DNA of 64,000 nucleotides from Alphaproteobacteria bacterium. Its GTDB lineage: Bacteria; Pseudomonadota; Alphaproteobacteria; GCA-2731375. Made by a program: the position numbers and the translations under genes. Positions 9,185 through 16,942 of the stretch are shown here, piece after piece. The notes under the pieces were generated by a model. That model saw only the letters and a list, made by a program, of their open reading frames with translations, made no database searches and had not been told where the DNA came from. The stretch is taken from contig CBDDPY010000002.1 in assembly GCA_965232515.1 (NCBI GenBank), positions 544,001-608,000 of the forward strand. The letters are read 5' to 3'. How positions within the stretch are numbered: the first letter of the stretch is position 1; each line of letters opens with the position of its first letter.

Positions 9185-9839
9185 CGGGGCCGAGGGCTCA
9201 CGATTGCGGGGTGGGCGGCGTCACGCCCACCCCGTTTTTTCGGCGCTGACGGCGGCCGGGCCTTTGCGCCTGGCCGCCGTCCTGGCGCTCGCCCTCACCG
9301 CAACGGACAGGGCGCGCGCGGCCCAGCCCCTCGATGAGTTGGTCGCGCAATGTGCCGCGTGTCACGGGGCCGACGGGAGTGAACCGGCAACGCCCGACAC
9401 GCCGTTGCTCGCCGGTCAGCCGGAGCTCTACGCCCTCTACCAGCTCGTGTTCTTCCGCCAGGGCCAGCGCAAGCAGACCGTTATGAACGAGATCATGCGC
9501 GATCTCGACGACGACACCGTGCGAGCGCTGGCCAAATGGGTCGGCGAGTTGCCCGGCGAACCGCGCCCCGCCGGCGCGGCCGACCCGGAACGCTACCGGC
9601 GCGGCGCCGAGATTGCCGACCGACACCGCTGCGTGCTCTGCCACGACGCCGGTTTCGCCGGCCGCGAGCACATTCCCCGCCTCGCCGGCCAGCAGGAGGC
9701 CTATCTGGGGAAAGCGCTGCGCGACTACCAGACCGGCGCCCGCGTCGGCCTGCAGGCCGCCATGGCCGAAACGCTTACCGGCCTCGACGCCGCCGCCCTC
9801 GACGACCTCGCCCATTACCTGGCCCATTTCCGTCCCTGA
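9174..9839 (+). CDS. Dihaem c-type cytochrome (c4/c553 family)
   Basis: CAACH and CVLCH haem motifs with P.LAGQ repeats; start uncertain. Confidence 0.9.
   Translation: MAADGAEGSRLRGGRRHAHPVFSALTAAGPLRLAAVLALALTATDRARAAQPLDELVAQCAACHGADGSEPATPDTPLLAGQPELYALYQLVFFRQGQRKQTVMNEIMRDLDDDTVRALAKWVGELPGEPRPAGAADPERYRRGAEIADRHRCVLCHDAGFAGREHIPRLAGQQEAYLGKALRDYQTGARVGLQAAMAETLTGLDAAALDDLAHYLAHFRP
9207..9240 (+). terminator. Terminator-like hairpin after the dehydrogenase gene
   Basis: cggggtgggcg-gcgtca-cgcccaccccg followed by a T run. Confidence 0.65.
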
Positions 9840-9896
9840 CGACGTGCCGCGGACTGCCGCCCGGGCGGGGCGACCGACGTGGGGCAGCTATGCCGC

Positions 9897-10343
9897 CTAG
9901 TCGTGTGGCTGTTCGGTACGTTTCGCGACGGCCAGCGCCGCGTCCCTGGGCAGGCCCAGCCAGTCGACGGCGGCGGCGGTGTCGTTGAAGAATTCGTAGT
10001 GCAGGTCCGGATCGCTCTCCGTCAGGCAGATCGCGTTCCAGAACGGCATCATGATCCGCGCGTCCTGCGAGCCGTCCAGCACCGCGGCGCCGGCCCGGCG
10101 CTGCACCTTCATTTGCCGATAGAGATTCGTCGCCGCGTCACGGAACGACTTGATCTCGTCGGGATTGATCTCCGAGAGATCGGTGTTTCCTTCGAAGATC
10201 AGCAGGCTGCAGGCGGGCTCCGCGCGCTTGGTCAGCTCGCCGAGCCCGGATATGGCCGCGGCTACCTCCGGCGCGGTAACGCGACCGGAGAAACGCAGCA
10301 CGAAGAGTCCGAGGTCCTTGTCGATGGCATGGATGGCTGGCAT
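9897..10343 (-). CDS. Hypothetical protein (STAS/SpoIIAA-like features)
   Basis: G-rich RBS before ATG 10343; LRFSGRVT N-terminal motif and FFNDTAAAVDWLGL C-terminal motif. Confidence 0.7.
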   Translation of the reverse strand: MPAIHAIDKDLGLFVLRFSGRVTAPEVAAAISGLGELTKRAEPACSLLIFEGNTDLSEINPDEIKSFRDAATNLYRQMKVQRRAGAAVLDGSQDARIMMPFWNAICLTESDPDLHYEFFNDTAAAVDWLGLPRDAALAVAKRTEQPHD

Positions 10344-10485
10344 GGCGCCCCCTATTACATGGCCGCGTCGATCTGCCCGTCGCACGGCCGACAAACGCTA
10401 CAACACCTTCATTAGAGGTTCCAAATACCGGGATTTCCGTGGCCGTCCTTTTACCAGGACGGGACGGCATCGGGTGCGCCGTCGA

Positions 10486-10529
10486 GAAAGAAGAGGCGGA
10501 ACCGGCAGGGGTGCTGCCGGTTCCGCCTC
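10486..10529 (-). terminator. Intrinsic terminator of a minus-strand transcript
   Basis: Perfect 16-bp stem gaggcggaaccggcag / ctgccggttccgcctc (10493-10529), followed on the minus strand by ttctttc. Confidence 0.7.
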
Positions 10530-10842
10530 AGCAGAGGGTTTCCCAATAAATGGGAGGGAAGTTCCGCGTTGCCGCCGCCGGCGCGTTGGTGCCATCGCCA
10601 TCGGCCGCACTGCGCCGGCGATCGGCGTACGAGCCCGACCGTCGCGAGCGCGATTCGACGCCAGTCGATCCGACCGAGCGTGTTCAGCCGGGTCAACGCC
10701 GAATGCGGACTGGCTCCGCGCCCGTCTTAGGCGGCGAACCGGTCGGCTCGGCCCTGAGGGCATACGCAGCCGCGCCGGTCGGTGGCGCCGTTTTCTCCGA
10801 TGTTGTCGGGTGCCCCAATTCGGAAACGGATCCAGTCCCGCC

Positions 10843-10897
10843 ATCACAGGATGGCGAAGATGAATTTGTCCTGAACGACAGATGAACAGGAGATGAA
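10843..10897 (-). promoter_or_regulatory. Four 11-bp-spaced TTCA boxes (OmpR-family type) plus -10-like TGTGAT
   Basis: TGAA on plus strand at 10861, 10872, 10883, 10894; same spacing as sites at 54095 and 56485. Confidence 0.65.
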
Positions 10898-10953
10898 TTT
10901 TCCCGCGCGGCCGTGTTCGCCGCGGCCGGCGGACCGATGCGGGTCGGGCGCGC

Positions 10954-12030
10954 CTATTCGTCGGCCGCGGCGAGCACGGCCGCGAACAGCGCCCTCAGAT
11001 CCGCCATCACTGTCACCTGCTCCTGACCGTAGGTCGCATGGGGATGGTTCCGATTGAATATCATGACCGCGTGGCCCTCGCCGTGAAATCCGGCGAGAAG
11101 GCTCACCCTCAGGATCGTTTCGCCGACAGGGCACGACATGACGGCTTCGCGCATTACATAGGCGCCGTGGTGTTCCGGCGCGGTCAGCCCGTAGGCGAAA
11201 TCGCCGGTGCAGATATCCTGTGCTTCGGACAGCAGCTCGTCGATCAGCTGCTTCTGTGTCAAGTCGGCCAGGGTGACGATGGAGAGGAAGCCGCTGAAAC
11301 TCTGCGTCTTCCAAGCAATGCTCGCGCTCGTCGGCGGATCGACAAAGCGCACCTTCCGGAACCCGGCGGCGTCCAATATCGTCGCGAGCGCCGTCTGCAT
11401 CGTGGCGCTGCGATCCGCTTCTCCGGCGCCGTTGTCGATGGCGAAGGGATTGGATTTACGCGCCGGCCGGTTCGGCGCGGCGAAGGGGTTCCGCGACGGC
11501 GATCCATAGCCGGCGGCGACATCGACGCATTTTACGAGCCGCGACAGCGCCTGGAAGGTGCCGTCCAGGCTGAACCGCATGGTTTGGCTGGCGCCGAGGA
11601 TCGTGAGCGCCCGGCCGCGCCTGAGCGCGTTGAAGGCGGCGTCGCTGTCGCCGAAGGCGAAGCGGACCGACATCGACCGCACGGATATCGGTCCGCCCCT
11701 GTAGATCTGCCGGCCGTCCACCTCGAAGGCCGTGTCGGCGATGTCGGCCCGTTCCAGGTCCCAATCCGGATTGGCCAAGCCGATCTGCAGCTTGTAGGAC
11801 GCCGACATCATAAAGCCCAAGGTCGTGTCGTCGTCGTAGGTCGCCCGGAGCGAGCAATGGCTGAAAGCGCCGCTGTCGACGCTCCGGTGCGCGAAACCTT
11901 TCCAGCCGTTCGCCTCGAAGGGTGCGTATGATTCCGTTTCGGCGCCTGCCGCGGCGCCCGTGCAGGCGAGCAGGCAAACGAACGCCGCCCGCCAGAGGCC
12001 GGCGCGAATGCGGGGCGCGGCCTTAACCAT
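10954..12030 (-). CDS. Secreted hypothetical protein, paralog of 576-1631
   Basis: Signal peptide; NGWKG...GAFSHCS, FEVDGR, LRRGRAL, NPFA..NPFA linker, CTGDFAYGLTAP; start uncertain (12030-12087). Confidence 0.82.
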   Translation of the reverse strand: MVKAAPRIRAGLWRAAFVCLLACTGAAAGAETESYAPFEANGWKGFAHRSVDSGAFSHCSLRATYDDDTTLGFMMSASYKLQIGLANPDWDLERADIADTAFEVDGRQIYRGGPISVRSMSVRFAFGDSDAAFNALRRGRALTILGASQTMRFSLDGTFQALSRLVKCVDVAAGYGSPSRNPFAAPNRPARKSNPFAIDNGAGEADRSATMQTALATILDAAGFRKVRFVDPPTSASIAWKTQSFSGFLSIVTLADLTQKQLIDELLSEAQDICTGDFAYGLTAPEHHGAYVMREAVMSCPVGETILRVSLLAGFHGEGHAVMIFNRNHPHATYGQEQVTVMADLRALFAAVLAAADE

Positions 12031-12277
12031 ATTGGCGAACCAGATCATCATAATTACAACCATACCGGTTCTGCGTCCCGACAGCAATTCGGTCGATGTC
12101 GGGCCGTCGGCCGGAGGTGGCGCGAGACCGGGCAGGCGGATCGTCTCGGGCGTCGAGCGCTGTTATTTCGACATTTTCGGAACAATCGAAGCGAGCCGGA
12201 TTTCCGCCATTCTTTCTGCTTGACGTTTCCTGTGCATGGGGTTGTTCCGCGATCTCTCCCGCGCGTACCCCCCTCCC

Positions 12278-13465
12278 TCAGAGCAGGGCCGGCTCGAGCG
12301 GGAAGTGGGAGAGCAGTTCTGGGCCGTCGGGCGTGATCAGGATCTGCTGTTCCAGCTTCACGCCCTCATGCCCGTCGACCGCGCCGATATAGCTCTCGAG
12401 GCAGAGGGTCATGCCGGCCTGCAGCTCGCCGTCATAGCCGAAGCGCGCGAACTCCTGGGGGTAGGGAATCAGCGGATATTCGTCGCAGAGCCCAACGCCG
12501 TGGGCGATGCAGGAATAGCGGTTCGGCGCGAAGGCCTCGGGCAGCACATAGGCCGTGTCGACGATCTCGCGGTAGCCGGCGCCGACCCGGAACAGTGGCA
12601 GGTTGTGGTCGATCTGCTCGATGGCCATGGCGTAGAGGCGGCGCTGCGCGTCGCTCGCCGGGCCGTCGCCGCAAAGGAAACAGCGCGAGATGTCGGCGCA
12701 ATAGCCGTAGGGACCGATCAGGTCGGTGTCGAAGCTGACGAGGTCGCCCGCCTCGATGACCCGGTCGCCGGCCTCCTGGAACCAGGGGTTCGTGCGCGGG
12801 CCCGAGGTCAGGAGGCGTGTCTCGATCCACTCGCCGCCGTGCGCGATGTTGACCTGGTGCAGGTGCGACCAGAGCTCGTTCTCGGTGATGCCCGGCGCCA
12901 GCACCTCGCGCATGCGGGCCATGCCGGCCTCGGCCGCGGCGATGGCGCTACGCATGGCGGCGAGCTCGTCCGCCGACTTGATGAGGCGCGCCGTCTCCAT
13001 CACCTCGCGCGCTTCAAACAGCTCGATGCCATGCGTTTGCAGGGCGGCGGCGCCGACAGGCGTCAGCTGGTCGACGGCGAGCCGCTTTCCGCACCTCAGG
13101 TCGGCGAGCGCCTCGGCGACGCTCGTCGCCCAGTGGCCGGCCATCTCGTGCTGCCGCTGTCCGGCCGAGAAGAAATCCCAGCCAACCGCCGGCCGCACGT
13201 CCGCCACAGTGTCGAGGCCGTCGTTCAGGTGCCGGGCGCCGTGGAACTCGAAGACGATGGCGCGGCCCTCGGCGGGCACGACCGCAAAGCGCACGGCGTT
13301 GTGCATGGTCCAGACCGCCATGTTACGGCTGTCCGTGGCATAGCGGATGTTGACGGGGTCGTAGAGCAGGCAGGCGTCGTAGTCGCGGGCGCGCAACTCG
13401 GCCTGAACGCGTTCCAGGCGGTATTGACGCATGCGCGGCAGGTCGGGACGCTCGGTCGTCGACAT
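12278..13465 (-). CDS. M24 family metalloenzyme, DddP (DMSP lyase)-like
   Basis: YDPVNIRYATDSRNM, GGEWIETRLLTSGPRTNPWFQE, FDTDL, DISR, HGVGLCDEYP, ESYIG, KLEQQ. Confidence 0.85.
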   Translation of the reverse strand: MSTTERPDLPRMRQYRLERVQAELRARDYDACLLYDPVNIRYATDSRNMAVWTMHNAVRFAVVPAEGRAIVFEFHGARHLNDGLDTVADVRPAVGWDFFSAGQRQHEMAGHWATSVAEALADLRCGKRLAVDQLTPVGAAALQTHGIELFEAREVMETARLIKSADELAAMRSAIAAAEAGMARMREVLAPGITENELWSHLHQVNIAHGGEWIETRLLTSGPRTNPWFQEAGDRVIEAGDLVSFDTDLIGPYGYCADISRCFLCGDGPASDAQRRLYAMAIEQIDHNLPLFRVGAGYREIVDTAYVLPEAFAPNRYSCIAHGVGLCDEYPLIPYPQEFARFGYDGELQAGMTLCLESYIGAVDGHEGVKLEQQILITPDGPELLSHFPLEPALL

Positions 13466-13554
13466 GGCGGGCAGGTTGCCAGAAACGCTGCGGCCTTGCA
13501 CGCGCTCCATGCCCGCCCGATACTTGGGCCAACGGACATCATCGAGGGTCGGAC

Positions 13555-13890
13555 ATGAGCGAGAGCACGGGCGGCTATCACGCCCACCACGACATGGGCG
13601 GCGAGCCGGCGGGGTCGGTCGACCGGTCGACGCACGACTACGCCTTCTGGGAGAAGCGGGTCGACGCGCTGATGGTGCTGCTGAGCGCGCCGGAGCGGGG
13701 TCTGCTGCGGGTCGACGAACTGCGCCGCGGCATCGAGAGCCTGGGCGCCTACGCTTACGACCGGATGAGCTATTACGAGCGCTGGATCGCGTCGATCACC
13801 AACATCATGGTCGAGAAGGGCGTGCTGACCCAGGAAGAGATCGACGGCCGTATCGCCGACCTCAAGGCCCGCGGCGTGGGCAAGCCATGA
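13555..13890 (+). CDS. Nitrile hydratase beta N-terminal half (ScnB-like)
   Basis: HDMGG, WEKRVDA, DELRRGIE, SYYERW, EKGVLTQEEI. Confidence 0.88.
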   Translation: MSESTGGYHAHHDMGGEPAGSVDRSTHDYAFWEKRVDALMVLLSAPERGLLRVDELRRGIESLGAYAYDRMSYYERWIASITNIMVEKGVLTQEEIDGRIADLKARGVGKP

Positions 13891-14174
13891 GTACGCGGTT
13901 CGAACCGGGCGCGGCCGTCCGCGTGCGCGTCGACTACCCCAAGGGCCATTGCCGCACGCCCTACTATTGTCGCGGCAAGTCGGGCGTGGTCGAACGCATC
14001 TGCGGCGAGTTCCGCGACCCCGAGGAACTGGCCTACGGCGGCGAGGGCCTGCCGAAGCAGCCGCTCTATCGCGTACGCTTCAAACAGGCCGAGCTCTGGT
14101 CCGATTACGCCGGGCCGGCGAACGACTGCGTCGAGATCGAGATTTACGAACACTGGCTGGAAGCGGCCGGCTGA
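13887..14174 (+). CDS. Nitrile hydratase beta C-terminal SH3-like half (ScnA-like)
   Basis: ATGA overlap with upstream gene; RFEPGAAVRVR, GHCRTPYYCRGKSGVVE, PLYRVRF...ELW, IYEHWLE. Confidence 0.88.
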   Translation: MSTRFEPGAAVRVRVDYPKGHCRTPYYCRGKSGVVERICGEFRDPEELAYGGEGLPKQPLYRVRFKQAELWSDYAGPANDCVEIEIYEHWLEAAG

Positions 14175-14192
14175 GAACGGAGCACGGATGCC

Positions 14193-14834
14193 ATGAGCGT
14201 CGATCATACCCACGAGCACGGACACGATCACGACCACACGCCGCCACCGGACCAGGACGGCCCCTGGTCCGACTATCAGTATCTCGAGACGGCGGTGCGC
14301 GAGCTGCTGGTCGAGAAGGGCATCTTCAGCAACGATGATGTGCGCAAGATGATCGAGCGTATGGACGCGCGCTCGCCCTCGCGCGGCGCCCAGGTCGTGG
14401 CCAAGGCCTGGACCGATCCGGCCTTCAAGGACCGGCTGCTCGCCGACGGCCGCGGCGCCGTCGAGGAGCTCGGCATCGATATCGAGCCGGTGCGCCTGAT
14501 CGTGGTCGAGAACACCGAGGCCGAGCACAACATGGTGGTCTGCACGCTGTGCTCCTGCTACCCGCGCAACCTGCTCGGCCTGCCGCCGGACTGGTACAAG
14601 GCCAAGGCCTATCGCAGCCGCGCCGTGCGCGAGCCACGCGCCGTGCTGGCCGAGTTCGGCACCGCGTTGCCCGACAACGTCGCCGTGCGCGTGCACGACA
14701 GCACGGCCGACATGCGCTACATGGTGCTGCCGCGCCGGCCCGACGGCACCGAGGGGTTGAGCGAGGCTGAGCTTACCGACCTCGTCACCCGCGACAGCAT
14801 GATCGGCGTCAGCCTGCCGAACACGCCGGCCTGA
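14193..14834 (+). CDS. nthA: Cobalt-type nitrile hydratase alpha / thiocyanate hydrolase gamma family subunit
   Basis: VCTLCSCYP metal-binding motif (CTLCSC = Co-type), GAQVVAKAWTDPAFK, YRSRAVREPRAVLAEFG, DSTADMRYMVLP. Confidence 0.92.
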   Translation: MSVDHTHEHGHDHDHTPPPDQDGPWSDYQYLETAVRELLVEKGIFSNDDVRKMIERMDARSPSRGAQVVAKAWTDPAFKDRLLADGRGAVEELGIDIEPVRLIVVENTEAEHNMVVCTLCSCYPRNLLGLPPDWYKAKAYRSRAVREPRAVLAEFGTALPDNVAVRVHDSTADMRYMVLPRRPDGTEGLSEAELTDLVTRDSMIGVSLPNTPA

Positions 14835-14838
14835 GCGT

Positions 14839-16875
14839 TCAGATCTTCAGGCCGTCGATGTAGTCCCTGAGCCCGCGCGCGGCCGCCGCGACATCGGCCT
14901 CGGCGGCGTCGATCTCGGGCGCCAGCCGTTCCAGCTCGTCCTCCTGGTCGTTCAGCTTGGCGAGGTAGCGGCGGTAGATGTCGCTCTCGCGCGGCACCCG
15001 GGCCAGGTTGTCGCGGATGCGGTCCTGATCGACGACGATCTCGTTTCGCTCTTCGCGCAGATCGGCCAGGCGCTTCTCTGCTGTGTCGATCACCCGCTTC
15101 AACGCCACCATCTCGGCAAACGCGTTGCGCAGCTTCGGATCGAGCTGCTGCGCCCGGGCGTAGAAGCCGAGCTGCCGGATATCGAGCGTGAGCAGCCGGA
15201 TCGTCTCGCTGCGCGGCCGCTCGGTGACGACGGTCAGCGCGCGCGTGGTGCCGGCGGCGAGCGAGGCCTTCAATCGGTACGTGTTGTCGGTCACGTCGAC
15301 ATCGGACGCGGGCGGCTTCACCAGCCGCCAGCCCGGCTGCCGCGGGTGTGACAGGACCACGCGGCGGGCCTCGCGGGTCGGCGCCTTGATCGTGTAGACC
15401 GTCTCCATCCGGTCGATGCGTTTCAGGCGCAGGACGCCGTCGCTGATCATGCCGGTGGAGATCTGCTGGCTGCTCTTGTCCTCGCGGTCGATCCGGGTCT
15501 TTTCGTCGACGGCGTAGCTCAGCAACCGGGTCTCGTCGACCGGCAGCGGGCCAAGGCGGGCGTCGCCGACATAGGCGACGCTGCCGGCGGCGTTACGCTG
15601 ATAGATCGTCAGCACGCCCGGCGGCAGGCCGCTGTCGCCGTCGTTCTTCAATTCGACCGACGCCAGCAGACGCCGGGGATCCGTCGCAGGCTGATAGAAA
15701 GCCACCTGACCCGACGGCACCGTGCGGTCGGCGATCGGCAACGCCAGACTGCGCCCGGCCTGTACGCTCACCGGCTCGGCGAAGCGGAACAGTACCTGCG
15801 TCGTCGCCTCGTCCGTCTGCGCCGCCACGGCGGCGGGAGCGGGTGTCGCCGGCGCGGCCATCATCAGGTTAGCCGCGCCAACGGCCTCGTTGGTCGACAT
15901 CATCCGTCGCGGTCCGGCCTGCGACTTCAGAGCGCGTTCGCGGTCCTCCTCTTCCGGCATCTCCAAGCGGCCGATCGCGCCGGTGTCGGCCGGCGGCGGC
16001 AGGATGCGGCCCATGACCTCGACCGGAACTTCCGGCCGGTTGACGAAATAGGCCTGATAGAGCGCTTGCCGGAAGGTGACGGGATTGCCCGAGGCGAGTG
16101 TGAGCTCGACGTCGTCCCAGTCCTGGCCACTCAGATTCTCGATCACGGCCCAGCCCTGCAGCAGCGCCGTTTCCGCCGTCGGCTCGTTGGGCAGCGTCAG
16201 GCGGTAGGAGGATTTCCAAAGCGGCGCGCCGACGACATAGCCGACCCGTACGGTGCGGCGGCCCTGGCCGCGGCTGGTGACGGTGAGCCGGCGGCGGTCC
16301 TGCGCGCGGTGTTCGGCGAGCGCCGCCAGGGCCGTGTTGACCTGGGCCTGCAGTTCCGGATCGGCGAAGCTGACGGCCTCGGCCTGCTCCAGTACGAATT
16401 GCCGAAGGCCGGTCGCGGTGATCACACTGACGCGGTGCCGGGTGACGATGTTGCGACCGTCGGGCAGCACGACCTGTTCCGGCACGGCCCGCAGCACACG
16501 GCCCGACAGCGGCTGCGGACCGGTCACTGTGATCTCGGCGCCCTGCAGTGCGTTCAGCAGCGTGACCGGCGAGTTCAGCTCGCCGCGGCCGAACGGCAGG
16601 TCGCGAAACGCCTGGCTCAACGGTTCGCGCCCCGGCAGCTCGACGCCGCCGACATTGCCGGAATCGTCGTAGACGACGATGCTCTTCAGCACGTCGTCCA
16701 CCTGGTCGAGGCGCAGATCGAGGGTAAGCTCGGCATCGCCCTCGACGACCGCCTCATGCTCGAAATAGCCGACGCCGCCGGTCGACAGGAGCACGCGTTT
16801 CAAGGTCAGATCGGCCGCGAGAGCGGGCGAGGCGGCGAACAGCAGGATACAGGCGATGCCGACGCGGAATTTCAT
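14839..16875 (-). CDS. DUF4139-type secreted protein
   Basis: Signal peptide; LSTGGVGYFE, VDDVLKS, WKSSYRL, LQGWAVIENLSGQDW..V.LTLASGNP; C-terminal coiled coil DQDRIRDNL. Confidence 0.85.
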   Translation of the reverse strand: MKFRVGIACILLFAASPALAADLTLKRVLLSTGGVGYFEHEAVVEGDAELTLDLRLDQVDDVLKSIVVYDDSGNVGGVELPGREPLSQAFRDLPFGRGELNSPVTLLNALQGAEITVTGPQPLSGRVLRAVPEQVVLPDGRNIVTRHRVSVITATGLRQFVLEQAEAVSFADPELQAQVNTALAALAEHRAQDRRRLTVTSRGQGRRTVRVGYVVGAPLWKSSYRLTLPNEPTAETALLQGWAVIENLSGQDWDDVELTLASGNPVTFRQALYQAYFVNRPEVPVEVMGRILPPPADTGAIGRLEMPEEEDRERALKSQAGPRRMMSTNEAVGAANLMMAAPATPAPAAVAAQTDEATTQVLFRFAEPVSVQAGRSLALPIADRTVPSGQVAFYQPATDPRRLLASVELKNDGDSGLPPGVLTIYQRNAAGSVAYVGDARLGPLPVDETRLLSYAVDEKTRIDREDKSSQQISTGMISDGVLRLKRIDRMETVYTIKAPTREARRVVLSHPRQPGWRLVKPPASDVDVTDNTYRLKASLAAGTTRALTVVTERPRSETIRLLTLDIRQLGFYARAQQLDPKLRNAFAEMVALKRVIDTAEKRLADLREERNEIVVDQDRIRDNLARVPRESDIYRRYLAKLNDQEDELERLAPEIDAAEADVAAAARGLRDYIDGLKI

Positions 16876-16942
16876 TACGCTTCTCCAAATCTAGCGACGC
16901 AGGTTTTGCATATGCCCGTGAAATTAGGCCGCAATGAGGCGT

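Noticed and set aside
10684-10695. Two in-frame TGA codons as possible selenocysteine readthrough
   Set aside because: Surrounding peptide is not selenoprotein-like and no SECIS-like hairpin was evident.
13555-14174. Split nitrile hydratase beta as a frameshift artefact
   Set aside because: Clean ATGA stop/start overlap, the central linker of fused beta subunits is absent, and the layout matches scnB/scnA.
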